From: Ylistrum balloti
Lineage: Eukaryota
Direction of reading: 5' to 3'
Length of the DNA stretch: 64,000 nt
Assembly: GCF_031769215.1 (NCBI RefSeq)
Contig: NW_026781958.1
Location: forward strand, 1,798,001-1,862,000
Below, piece by piece: positions 27,775 to 41,160 of this stretch. Within the stretch, counting starts at the first letter, position 1, and each line of letters starts with the position of its first letter. The position numbers were made by a program, and so were the translations under genes. The notes below the pieces were generated by a model. It worked only from the letters and a program-made list of their open reading frames with translations. It did not search any database and was not told the origin of the DNA.

Positions 27775-28975
27775 TGTTTCCCTCCCCTTCACTATGTCAA
27801 CGACAAACTCATGGGGAAATTTAGATATCCCTCCCCTCCCCTCCCACTGACTATGTCAACGATCCACTCCTGGGGAGATTTAGATATCCATCCCCTCCCC
27901 TCACTATGGCGACGATCCACTCCTGGTGAGAAATAGATATCCATTCCCTCCCCTCACTCTGTCAACGATCCACTCCTGGAGACATTTAGATATCCCTCCC
28001 CTCCCCTCATTGTGTAAACGTATCCACTCCTGGGGAGATTTAGATATCGCTCCCCTCATTGTGTAAACGATCCACTCCAGGGGAGATTTAGATATCGCTA
28101 CCCTCATTGTGTAAACGATCCACTCCAGGGGAGATTTAGATATCCCTCCCCTCATTGTGTAAACGATCCACTCCAGGGGAGATTTAGATACCCCTCCCCT
28201 CCCATCATTGTGTAAACGATCCACTCCAGGGGAGATTTAGATATCGCTCCCCTCCCATCATTGTGTAAACGATCCACTCCAGGGCAGATTTAGATATCGC
28301 TCCCCTCCCATCATTGTGTAAACGATCCACTGCAGGGGAGATTTAGATACCCCTCCCCTCCCCTCATTGTGTCAACTATCCACTCCAGGGGAGATTTAGA
28401 TACCCCTGCCCTCTCCCCTCATTGTGTAAACGATCCATTCCAGGGGAGATATCCCTCCCCTCCCCTCCCCTCCCCTCACTATGTCAACGATCCACTCCTG
28501 GGGAGATTTAGATATCGCTCCCCTCCCCTCATTGTATAAACGATCCACTCCAGGGGAGATTTAGATACCCCTCCCCTCCCTCTTACTATGTCATTGATCC
28601 ACTCCTGGTGAGATTTAGATATCGCTCCCCTCCCCTCATGGTGTAAACGATCCACTCCAGGGGAGATTTAGATATTCCTGCCCTCATTGTGTAAACGATC
28701 CACTCCAGGGGAAATTTAGATATCGCTCCCCTCATTGTGTAAACGATCCACTCCAGGGGAGATTTAGATATCCCTGCCCTCCCCTCATTGCGTAAACGAT
28801 CCACCCCAGGGGAGATTTAGATATCCCTCCCCTCCCTTCATTGTGTAAACGATCCACTCCAGCGGAGATTTAGATATCCCTGCCCTCCCCTCATTGTGTA
28901 AACGATCCACCCCAGATGAGATTTAGATATCCTTACCCTCCCCTCATTGTGTGAACAATCCACCCCAGGCGAATG
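27775..28975. repeat. 48-58-bp tandem repeat with a variable CCCCT tract
   Basis: Core CTCATTGTGTAAACGATCCACTCCAGGGGAGATTTAGATATCGCTCCC; unit length changes with the number of CCCCT pentamers. Confidence 0.93.
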
Positions 28976-29829
28976 TCGATGTAGATGATTCTATCCTTTG
29001 TTGTTTTTTTAACATTACTATTCCTAGTCGCCATTCATCCCATCACATCATACACAGACGTAACGGTTCAATATATAAAGCAGATCTGATGTGCCGCATC
29101 ACTGAGAATGAGTCATGATCTGCAGTAAAGGCAAGAGGGCTATTCTATAGTAATATCCACTTATAATAACTACATGTATGTATGTCAAGGGCTGTTTGTT
29201 TGCAGGACTTCATGTCCCAGCCTTGTAAAACGACATTTAGAGACAATTAAGCATTTTTACATGAAATAGAGAAATAATGATTAATATTTCTTCATGGTTC
29301 CATGAATTGATATTGGATGCTTAGTGAGATGTGGACATTTTTGCTAGGTGAACTTCCTACCAAGTTTCCAACAATTTTCCCGTACATGTAAACGAAAACA
29401 GTTACATTGTAAGATATGTTTGTTTTTCAGACGTTCAAATGACACTCGGATACTACCAAAGGTGCTAAATAGAAATACAGGATCGTAGTAATATAAGTAC
29501 ATTAAAATTGATCTTAAGCGAATAAAATTACGTTTGAATACAATCATTATTTATAAGAACCATTGATACGTTTCCAAACTATTTTCTGTCTTTTTAAGTA
29601 CTGATTGCATTCCGCAGTGCTTTTGAGTCCGCGAGACTTTGTTTCAAAAGTATATTGATACGAAACAGCGCAGCCTAGCGGACGGCAGGCGATCAAAGAC
29701 AGGTAAACAGTCTATCCGGTATCGTATTGAGCTCATATGTTTGTATTTTTACGTTGGTGGTACTTAACATAAAAACAAAGTTTTAAAACAAGCAGATGCT
29801 ACATATATATATTCCGTTATAACAAAAAT

Positions 29830-30982
29830 TCGGTGAAATATTGCTTGTGGTAGGTGAAATATTGCTTGTGGTAGGTGAAATAATGTTTGTGGTAGGTAAA
29901 ATTATGTTTGTGGTAGGTGTAATAAAGTTTATGGTAGGTGAAATATTGCTTGTGGTAGGGCAAATTATGTTGTGGTAGGTTAAATTATGTTTGTGGTAGG
30001 TGTAATAAAGTTTATTGTAGGTGAAATATTGCTTGTGGTAGGGCAAATTATGTTGTGGTAGGTTAAATTATGTTTGTGGTAGGTGTAATAAAGTTTATTG
30101 TAGGTGAAATATTGCTTGTGGTAGGTGAAATAATGTTTGTGGTAGAGTAAATTATGTTTGTGGTAGGTGTAATAAAGTTTATTGTAGGTGAAATAATGCT
30201 TGTGGTAGGTTAAATAGTGTTTGTGGTAGAGTAAATTATGTTTGTGGTAGGTGTAATAAAGTTTATGGTAGGTGAAATATTGCTTGTGGTAGGTGAAATA
30301 ATGTTTGTGGTAGGGTAAATTATGTTTGTGGAATGTTAAATAATGCTTGTGGTAGGTTAAATAGTGTTTGTGGTAGGTTAAATTATGTTTGTGGTAGGTG
30401 TAATAAAGTTTATGGTAGGTGAAATATTGCTTGTGGTAGGTGAAATAATGTTTGTGGTAGGGTAAATTATGTTGTGGTAGGTGTAATAATGTTTATGGTA
30501 GGTGAAATATTGCTTGTGGTAGGTGTAATAAAGTTTCTGGTAGGTGAAATATTGTTTGTGACAGGTTGAATAATGTTTGTGGTAGGTTAAATAATGGTGT
30601 GGTAGGTGAAATATTGCATGTGGTAGGTTAAATAATGTTTGTGGTAGGTGAAATATTGCTTGTGGTAGGTAAATAATGGTGTGGTAGGTGAAATATTGTT
30701 TGTGTTAGGTTAAATAATGTTTGTGGTAGGTTAAATAATGTTTGTGGTAGGTGAAATATTGCTTGTGGTAGGTAAATAATGGTGTGGTAGGTGAAATATT
30801 GTTTGTGTTAGGTTAAATAATGTTTGTGGTAGGTTTAATAATGTTTGTAGTAAGTGAAATATTGCTTGTGGTAGGTGTAATACTGTTTGTGGTAGGTGAA
30901 ATATTGCTTGTGGTAGGTGAAATATTGCTTGTGGTAGGTGAAATATTGCTTGTGGTAGGTTTAATAACGTTCGTGGTAGGTT
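29830..30982. repeat. 21-bp tandem repeat array
   Basis: Unit TGTGGTAGGTGAAATATTGCT and variants. Confidence 0.95.
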
Positions 30983-32377
30983 GAGTACTGTTTTTGATTG
31001 ACATTATGAATTGGATATGTTTGCCGTGAATGTGTTTACAATTTTTCCGTCGTTGATAATTGATAAAAGAGAGAGAATTGAAAATGTCACCATTAGCTTC
31101 ATGTCTATTAAGGTCAGTCAGGCAACCTTCCTTTCTCATCAGACAGGGTCATTCTGATTAACTTATTTACAAATTTGTCGAGAATGATTATATATGCATG
31201 ATTTCACGAATCAGTTGCAGGGACCGACAAAAATATCACATTCCCTGCTCTATGCATCATTGCTGCATTTTTGTTCTTTCTTAACACCTTACCAGACAAT
31301 ATCTCCCCTATGACCGTAGTGCCTAGCATATACGTCAGAGTATGTCACTGTACCACAGGACTGACGTAGTTCTAAATAACAATTGCTGTATTCCAATACA
31401 CGTGATAGCAGGAGGCGACTTATGTGGACCTCTTTCTGTATCAGTTTAATTTGGGTCACGTTCTACTAAGGAACATCAAGAGACTTAAAACCATGATATT
31501 CGATTTTTCCCCTAGGTGCTCATTCCAGCCCTTTTTCTATAGGTAACACGGCAAACACTGGTTCTTATATGATTTTTGCTATTGCATGGATGATATTTAA
31601 ATCCATAACAGACGAACATACGAACCAACAGAAGAGTCAGTCGAGTAACGACTGTATGCACTGTGCAGGTCATAACGAGAACCATGTTTCTAAACATTTA
31701 ACCAAAACACTAAAGAACAAAGCTGTAATACTCTCTAAAATCGTAGTCCAATTTACAAGAAAGTGGGGAAGTTGGACGTCTGGTGTAGTGTCCGGAGTAC
31801 TTGAGTAGCAGGAAATGGCCTCTTGAAATGCGTCGTTCAAAACATACGAGAAAGGGGTTCTTGAAACAGAGAATATTAAAATAACTACAGTATAATGATG
31901 ATATTTATTAAAAGAGAACATAAACTATCTGATAATTTGTTTTCTATCTGTTATCGTAACAGAAATCGTCTTTACCGTGAAAAGTCATTTGAACACGGTC
32001 CCCGTCACAGCTTATTCGCTCACATCGAAAATGTATATATATGGAGCGTAGCTTGTATTTTTTTTTTTTTTTTTTTAATTATTTCACGCCTAATGTTACA
32101 ATTAACACCTGGTAATATCTAGATTTTATGATATGTAAACATGGGATGTAATTTTAGATGAAGATATTTTCAACAGAATCGCACGACACGTGTGTATCTA
32201 GATCGCTCTGATCACAAGTCCAAATAGGGAACCTTTAACAGTGTTACTTATACACTATTGAAACTGGGAGGACAAAGCAACAAGTCTGCGAGGGCAATTG
32301 GCCGGGGTTTGATTTCAAGTTAGAATATCAAGTGTTTCGCCACACAACGTAGAGCTTACTTCGGCTAATTACCATAC

Positions 32378-32673
32378 TTGTTTGCTGTTTGTGGTTTATG
32401 CTGGGTTTATCGTTCGTTGAACAGCCAGGGTCCCTTTGAGGTGGGGTTTTCTTGTAGTAACTGGTGGCTACATTACTGAACAACAAAAGGAAGGCCCGTC
32501 ACATGCCGTCCAGAGTATCGCTATAGTTGCCTTGCCCAAAGATAACCACGACAGCATGACTTCCCTGAGAAATACAAACCGCAATGATTCAGGAATGTCG
32601 AACCAGGCACCTCGGCTTCTCCATCTGAGCTTGCGAATACATGCACTCAAATGGCTGAACTATCGCAGCCCCC
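32378..32673 (-). mobile_element. Degenerate tRNA-derived SINE
   Basis: Minus strand: GGGGCTGCGATAGTTCAGCCATTTGAG (A-box-like), CCTGGTTCGAC (B-box), central TTTGGGCAAGGCAACT (resembles the CCTTGGGCAAGGCACTT box of conserved-domain SINEs), and tail GATAAACCCAGCATAAACCACAAACAGCAAACAAG. Confidence 0.5.
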
Positions 32674-33414
32674 TTTAGGTTAGTACACGCTGTGTGAGGC
32701 GACTAATGTGGTAACACCCATAATAACGAAGTTGGTTTAATGTTCCAGATATGGAGGCACAAGGGCAACGAGATTAAATCCGATCCGATTCCGAGGAAAG
32801 TTGGATGGTCAATCACTATGGAATTATCGTTCGCTCCGATCCCGAGGATGACAGCCGAAAGTTTAATCTCCCCTGATCAAATCCCGAGGACAGCCGAAAG
32901 TTCAGTTCCTGTTAATTATAAATTGTCGTCAGAATTCCCGCGTTGGATTGACAAGGACAACCCGAAAATCAATGTGCGACCGGGACAGGGTGATCATTTA
33001 TTGATGTCGCCACGACACAGCATTAATTGAGATTTATCTGTTATCGGAGATAAGCAATCGAGACAAAAATCTCTGTTCGTGGGGGAATTCTATCGCTCTC
33101 CTATAGAAATGAACACCTTTTACACACTTTTAGAAATCTCATGCTGTGGTCGTTACACTAAGGGTGTTCAAGGTCGTGTTTATTTGGTTCCTCGTCATCA
33201 CGGCAATGTTTCATCAGAAAGATATTTGAATACTGAAATTTTGTTTTTACCTCCAATTTAGTGTAATATTGAAAAGGTCGAATAACATCGGTTTCTTGTG
33301 CAATCATGTGGGAATGGAGGAGAGAACAAAAAATTATAAAAATATGACAAAACCAAGATTTCATTCTCTAAAAGAGAGCAATGCATTTGCCGTTATTGTG
33401 TCACTGTTCAAATG

Positions 33415-33665
33415 TATGTGCGCATGCGTTTAAATCTTTCGCGCGCAGAGCGACACACAACGCAACGCGAGTGTGAGTCGGATTATTCCTCCGAGAGTGA
33501 AAGTCATGTCACCTCAGTGTTCCGCTGGGGACAGTTCAGAAAGCCGTATAAAATTTAACCTTAGTTACAAATTCTAGTGAAAGCAGTCAGAGTCCACCAT
33601 ATATTTTTAAGTCAGAGCTAGAATTCAGGGGTATTAGGACTACAGGCGTAATGCACTTCCGGTGA
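33415..33665. promoter_or_regulatory. Promoter-like CpG-rich island
   Basis: NRF1-type TGCGCATGCG at 33419-33428, ETS-type ACTTCCGG at 33655-33662, and a consensus donor GTGAGT at 33473-33478. Confidence 0.3.
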
Positions 33666-35422
33666 TAGATCGCATGTGCGATAACTTATTTGGATATCGT
33701 GTCATATGTACACGACGAAAGTGCAATGTTTTCACGTCAATTTTCAACCTAACAGGAATTTTAATGATGAATGGCTAAGTTTATATGCTAACTAGGATGT
33801 TTATGTAAGATCTACAAAGTATAAAAAAGTAGCAAGGATTGAACCACTACTACTGTAAGCTAATTCCACATGTTCTTAATATTTGCCCGAACAAGTTCGC
33901 ACTCTGTAGCCGGGAGTACGTGGTATGCCTTTCACTACAACTGTTGGATAAGCCTACTTGCTGTAGGTGTATTACACCGACCAGTATTACAACGCATTGT
34001 TAGCTTGAGAACTTAATTCCAAAATGTTTTCATGTTTTCAAAAACATTGTTTAAGTTTTCCATGAATATTTAAACCATTTATTTTTTTAGAGTAATGATT
34101 TTAAGAAATGAAAATATAAAGCTGACATTTAATATGGGCGGTTAATTACAAAACAGATCCGGTTTGAGCAGGTTCTCGGGTGTAACATTCATTTATAAAT
34201 ATAGTTGTAGTATTTGAAAAGCATATTTTTTTCTTGCTAGGAACACCAGATCACGGATACAACAGATCCGGCCAGTTTTGTGGCGTAATCGCTTTTGTGG
34301 TGTGTAAAGTACCACATTCGCACAATCTACACTTACTTAGACAAGCGTGCTGGTAAGATACAGCTCGAGTACAGCTACTGGCCTTGATGTCAGTAGCAAT
34401 TCACGTACACAGTTTACCTAGTATACTAACCTGCTTAGTACTAGGGAACCAGGCCAACCACTCTACCGAATGGTGCTTGATATTACAATCGATAAAAACT
34501 AATTTCCCCGGGGAAATCGATGAGCTTAAAACGTTTTGTTTTGAAGTTGGATGCTTGTAGATGTGTATCAGAAATTATATTGAACACAAGTGCAGAAAAA
34601 GTGTCACACAACTTTGTAGCAATGACGTATTTCAACGATGAAAAATAATCACAAAGAGTTGAGTTATTAGAAAATGTTGTAATCTTAAAAAAAAAAAGAG
34701 GACAAACCGCCACTGAGATAGCGTCGCATTATAATTACATTGTGCTTTAGCTTGAATAGAAAATCGATCTGATTTGATGCTAATACAATAAGCGTCACTC
34801 AAAAGTGTCGGTGCTGAAATAAATTGGATATAAAAAAAAACCAACACGTAAATCCAAGATACTTGGGTTTGAAATAGAACTGAGAATTGGAACGACTGAA
34901 TTGATTTCAGTTAAAACGATGCCTCAGTTTAGTTGATTTACGTCACGGGTGGATTGTGACGTATGTCGTCTGCCTAGAATGATGAGACAGAGACAGCGCG
35001 AGATGTTTCCCGCCAGTGCTAGGGGAACAGTTGGCCGTACTGTCGCAATGCGTCAGAGCGAGCCCGGTCGTGATTTCACGTCTGTTTCTCCGTGTGCTAT
35101 TGATCAATCAGCTATCCAGCATGGCGACCCGTGAACAATGCCATCGTTGTATTTGACTGGCAGTAGTAACGGACAGAACGAGAAATTTGGAGCACCTCCC
35201 TTCGCTTGAGACACGATACGTCCATTCTCGCCCCGCCGGAAACAATATTCACAGACCCTTGGAGTATGCCAATGTGTTTTGTTTATCCCGCGCGAAGTTG
35301 AATTGACATCTGCCGGTGTAAAAGCTGCCAAAGATATATGTAAGAGATGTACCTTAGTAATTACAATCCCCAATGTCTGCTCCAAGTGCAAAATAATCAT
35401 ACGAAAAAATATTGTCATTGAT

Positions 35423-35515
35423 ACGGAAAGAAGTCGGATCGTGGCAATGATTACGGAAAGAAGTCGGATCGTGGCAATGATTACGTAAAGAAGTCGGATC
35501 GTGGCAATGATTACA
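35423..35515. repeat. 30-bp triplication
   Basis: ACGGAAAGAAGTCGGATCGTGGCAATGATT at 35423, 35453 and 35483. Confidence 0.95.
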
Positions 35516-37364
35516 AAAGATAAAAAATAACTTTGATTCGAGAACAGTTCTTATGACTGCAATTAAGTGCCGAGATAATTTGTTCTCTGGCATTCGATAA
35601 ATTCACAGAAAACTCAAATTCCCAACCCTATGGTCCATGATACATGCATCAAAAAGTACACATTCGGGTCGTCTGGATGGGCGTTTGAACAAGGTCTCTA
35701 TTTTACTGTTGTCATAACCAGTATTGTACTTGAGTATATGCTGATACTAATTGTTCTATGTAAATATATGATATGGTTGTCGATAATACTAATGCCCTGC
35801 GACTTTATTTGTATAATTTCTCGAAAGTTCTAAAACAATTGACGAAGCGAAACTTAAAAGCATCTTTTATAAGCCTGTCATCGTTTGATATATTAGGTTG
35901 TGTAACTTTAAATTTCGAACTCGTTCCTGTGTCAAACTCGTTGCGTTTGTTGCTAGGAAGTTTTTAACTGATTCGTTTACTAAAGGCGTGAAGAACGGTC
36001 TCTCTGATTGGCTACACGACACTTGTAGTTGGCAAGTCTGTGAACCATCTGCATTGTGTATGGGGCCAGGGCAAAAAGAAACAAAAATAAATTAAAAACA
36101 AATATCCGTATGTGTTGCACCATATCTAAAACTAACAAGCAATACAACTGAATTCCGAGCGACTAAATCTAGTGACAATGGAGCGAATATTCCCACAAAA
36201 ATTGGAGGAAAATCCTGTTTTTTTCTCACTCAACACACTTGATTTGTATGACCATGACTGAAATTTGGATAAATATGATATAGCCCTTCATAGACACGAA
36301 ATTATGACGCCGGGCGTTTTGGTTTGGAGAAGTCATTCACTCATTTGTCCTTTAGGCTAATGTGAAACCTAATTATATTTTTTAAGACATTGTATGTACT
36401 GAGAAGAATCAGTTTAAATAACGTATACAAAGAAACCGAGATATTTTCCGTCTTCGACATCTAAACAGTAATGACACTTTTGTCGTCTGCCGCATTGTAC
36501 TTCAGAACTCAATAAAAATTATCCGAGAATATCGTTCGCGTGTATAGAACTTTAAACCAACTATTGTTTTCTCTGCGACAGTTCAAATAAATGTTTTAAA
36601 AATAAGTAGGTTTGGGTAGCGTTTATTGATAGAAGAGTAATGGGTGTTTGAGTAAAATCAATGTATATCATATAACGTCTGAACAGGGCTTATATTCCTG
36701 TGTACCGTCATCGGTCCTTTCAACACAATACACAATAACTCCGTCTTAACAGAACATGGATTGCATTTTAGTGAGTCGGCGTTGACAAATAACCAAATAA
36801 GGACTTTACGGTTGTTTTCATGTCAAATCGTCATTTGTTTTGATCCCCTTTGAATGCATGTTTCAACAAGAAAAAAAGTAAAAATACAACCGTTCAAACA
36901 TAAAACAGAACGTCTTGGTTTTTTTCCCCGGGGTTTGTTTCAGCATACTTCAGCACAGAGATATACATCAACTGTACCAAAATCTTGAGACTAACTGGCG
37001 GGATATGCTAGAGTCATTTTCAAATAAATCGTTCTATGATGCGCATCTGCACTTAGGACCCTGATAACAACAAACTTTGTACCTGTGTTCGGGCTTAGAA
37101 CACAAAGAACTATTCGTGCTAGCTTTTATTGGTTATAAGTATTTCTTAAACATGAAAATGCAAACCAGATTTTTATATAGAAATTGTTGGAGTGACTAAT
37201 AAGAAGAAAGACGTGGTCGCCTCCCTCTCTTTAAAAACACCGGCCAAGTTGGGGGATGGGTTGGGGGTGAGGGGTGAGGGTAGCACAGCTAGTGGAGCGG
37301 ACAGGGAGATGTTCTCAAATCTTGACATGAAAGACATAGACATACTGTTGCTATGACTGGGGGT

Positions 37365-38745
37365 TGATATCACTGAGGGTTGATATCACTGAGGATTGTT
37401 ATAACTGAGGGTTGGTGTGACTGAGAATTGATATGACTGATTGTTGATATGACTGAGGGTTGGTATGACTGAGGGTTGTTATAACCGAGGGTTGGTATGA
37501 CTGAGGGTTGGTATGACTGAGGGTCGATGTGACTGAGGTTTGATATGACTGAGGGTTTGTATGACTGAGGGTCGATGTGACTGAGGGTTGGTATGACTGA
37601 GGGTTGTTATAACCTAGGGTTGGTATGACTGAGGGTTGGTATGACTGAGGGTTGATGTGACTGAGGGTTGATATGACTGAGGGTTGATATGACTGAGGGT
37701 TTGTATGACTGAGGGTTGGTATGACTGAGGGTCGATGTGACTGAGGTTTGATATGACTGAGGGTTGGTATGACTGAGGGTCGATGTGACTGAGGTTTGAT
37801 ATGACTGAGGGTTGTTATAACCTAGGGTTGGTATGACTGAGTGTTGGTATGACTGAGGGTCGATGTGACTGAGGTTTGATATGACTGAGGGTTTGTATGA
37901 CTGAGGGTTGATGTGACTGAGGGTTGGTATGACTGAAGGTTGTTATAACCTAGGGTTGGTATGACTGAGGGTTGGTATGACTGAGGGTCGATGTGACTGA
38001 GGTTTGATATGACTGAGGGTTTGTATGACTGAGGGTTGATGTGACTGAGGGTTGGTATGACTGAAGGTTGTTATAACCTAGGGTTGGTATGACTGAGGGT
38101 TGGTATGACTGAGGGTTTGTATGACTGAGGGTTGATATGACTGAGGGTTTGTATGACTGAGGGTTGATATGACCGAGGGTTGGTATGACTGAGGGTTGGT
38201 ATGACTGAGGGTTGATGTGACTGAGGGTTGATGTGACTGAGGGTTTGTATGACTGAGGGTTGGTATGACTGAAGGTTGATGTGACTGAGGTTTGATGTGA
38301 CTGAGGGTTGGTATGACTGAGGGTTGGTGTGAATGAGGGTTGATGTGACTGAGGTTTGATGTGACTGAGCGTTGGTGTGACTGAGGGTTGGTGTGACTGA
38401 GGGTTGGTATGACTGAAGATTGGTATGACTGAGGGTCGATGTGACTGAGGGTTGATGTGACTGAGGGTTTTTATGACTGAGGGTTGATGTGACTGATGGT
38501 TGATGTGACTGAGGGTTGATGTGACCGAGGGTTTGTATGACTGAGGGTTGGTGTGACTGAGGGTTGGTATGACTGAGGGTTGGTATGACTGAGGATTGGT
38601 ATGACTGAGGGTCGATGTGACTGAGGGTTGATGTGACTGAGGGTTGATGTGACTGAGGGTTTGTATGACTGAGGGTTGATGTGACCGAGGGTTGATGTGA
38701 CTGAGGGTTGATGTGACTGAGGGTTTGTATGACAGGGTTGATGTG
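37365..38745. repeat. 16-bp G-rich tandem repeat array
   Basis: Unit ATGACTGAGGGTTGGT, with variants ...TTGAT and ...TTTGT. Confidence 0.95.
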
Positions 38746-41160
38746 ACTGAGGTTGGGTATGATTGTGGGTTGGTACGATTAGGAGGTGGAGTATGACTGT
38801 GGGTTGGTATGATTAGGAGGTGGGGTATGACTGTGGGTTGGTACGATTAAGAGGTGGGATATGACTGTGGGTTGGTAAGATTAGGAGGTGGGGTATGACT
38901 GTGGGTTGGTATGATTAGGAGGTGGGGTATGACTGTGGGTTGGTATGATTAGGAGGTGGGGTATGACTGTGGGTTAGCATGATTAGGAGGTGGGGTATGA
39001 CTGTGGGTTGGTATGATTAGGAGGTAGGGTATGACTGGGTTGGTATGATGGAGGTGGGGAATGACTGTGGGTTGGTACGATTAGGAGGTGGGGTATGACT
39101 GTGGGTTGGTACGATTAGGAGGTGGGGTATGACTGTGGGTTGGTACGATTAGGAGGTGGGGTATGACTGTGGGTTGGTACGATTAGGAGGTGGGGTATGA
39201 CTGTGGGTTGGTACGATTAGGAGGTGAGGTATGACCGTGGGTTGGTACGATTAGGAGGTGGGGTATGACTGTGGGTTGGTATGAGTAGGATGTTGGGTAT
39301 GACTGTGGGTTGGTATGATTAGGAGGTGGGGTATGACTGTGGGTTGGCATGATTAGGATGTTGGGTATGACTGTGGGTTGGTATGATTAGGATGTTGGGT
39401 ATGACTGTGGGTTGGTATGATTAGGATGTTGGGTATGACTGTGGGTTGGTATGATTAGGATGTTGGGTATGACTGTGGGTTGGTATGATTAGGATGTTGG
39501 GTATGACTGTGGGTTGGTATGATTAGGAGGTGGGGTATGACTGTGGGTTGGTATGATTAGGAGGTGGGGTATGACTGTGGGTTGGTATGATTAGGATGTT
39601 GGGTATGACTGTGGGTTGGTATGATTAGGAGGTGGGGTATGACTGTGGGTTGGTATGATTAGGATGTTGGGTATGACTGTGGGTTGGTATGATTAGGAGG
39701 TGGGGTATGACTGTGGGTTGGTATGATTAGGAGGTGATGTATGACTGTGGGTTGGTATGATTAGGATGTTGGGTATGACTGTGGGTTGATGTATGATGAC
39801 TAGGGTGTTGGGTATGACTGAGGGTTGGTATGACTGGGTTGGGTATGATTGATGTTGGGTATGACTGTGGGTTGGTATGATTAGGGTTGATGAGGGGATG
39901 TGTATGACTGAGGGTTGATGTGTGGGTTGGTATGACTGAGGGTTGGTATGACTGAGGATTGGTATGATTAGGAGGTGGGGTATGACTGTGGGTTGGTATG
40001 ACTGAGGGTTTAGGAGGTGAGCTATGACTGTGGGTTGGTATGATTAGTATGACAGGGGGGTATGACTGTGGGTTGGTATGATTAGGAGGTGAGGTATGAC
40101 TGTGGGTTGGTATGATAGGAGGTGGGGTTGAGGATGTGGGGTATGACTGTGGGTTGGTAGGATTAGGAGGTGGGGTATGACTGTGGGTTGGTATGATTAG
40201 GAGGATGGGGTATGACTGTGGGTTGTATGTAGGATGGGTTGAGGATGATTTGGGTATGACTGTGGGTTGGTATGATTAGGAGATGTTGGGTATGACTGTG
40301 GGTTGGTATGATTAGGAGGTGGGGTATGACTGTGGGTTGGTATGATTAGGATGTTGGGTATGACTGTGGGTTGGTATGATTAGGATGTTGGGTATGACTG
40401 TGGGTTGGTATGATTAGGAGGTGGGGTATGACTGTGGGTTGGTATGATTAGGAGGTGGGGTATGACTGTGGGTTGGTATGATTAGGATGTTGGGTATGAC
40501 TGTGGGTTGGTATGATTAGGATGTTGGGTATGACTGTGGGTTGGTATGATTAGGAGGTGGGGTATGACTGTGGGTTGGTATGATTAGGAGGTGGGGTATG
40601 ACTGTGGGTTGGTATGATTAGGAGGTGGGGTATGACTGTGGGTTGGTATGATTAGGAGGTGGGGTATGACTGTGGGTTGGTATGATTAGGAGGTGGGGTA
40701 TGAATGTGGGTTGGTATGATTAAGATGTTGGGTATGACTGTGGGTTGGTATGATTAGGAGGTGGGGTATGACTGTGGGTTGGTATGATTAGGAGGTGGGG
40801 TATGACTGTGGGTTGGTATGATTAGGATGTGGGTATGACTGTGGGTTGGTATGATTAGGATGTTGGGTATGACTGTGGGTTTGTATGATTAGGATGTTGG
40901 GTATGACTGTGGGTTGGTGATTAGGATGTTGGGTGTGGGTTGGTATGATTAGGAGGTGGGGTATGACTGTGGGTTGGTATGATTAGGATGTTGGGTATGA
41001 CTGTGGGTTGGTATGATTAGGAGGTGGGATATGACTGTGGGTTGGTATGATTAAGATGTTGGGTATGACTGTGGGTTGGTATGATTAGGATGTTGGGTAT
41101 GACTGTGGGTTGGTATGATTAGGATGTTGGGTATGACTGTGGGTTGGTATGATTGAGAGG
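38746..41160. repeat. 34-bp (16+18) G-rich tandem repeat array
   Basis: Unit ATGACTGTGGGTTGGT+ATGATTAGGAGGTGGGGT (copies at 38881 and 38915). Confidence 0.95.

Noticed and set aside
20979-35418. Isolated ORFs at 20979-21368, 24245-24466, 31569-31921 and 35104-35418
   Set aside because: No recognisable domains and no consistent exon chain.
2515-41160. Long ORFs over the tandem arrays (e.g. 2999-3727, 6655-7621, 16920-19291, 26662-27537, 27904-28804)
   Set aside because: They arise from stop-free repeat units. They occur in several frames and on both strands, and indel-variant units break them. There are no splice or start contexts.
37365-41160. Telomere-like TGAGGG/TAGGGTT/TTAGG words
   Set aside because: They are embedded in 16- and 34-bp units, with no (TTAGGG)n tract.
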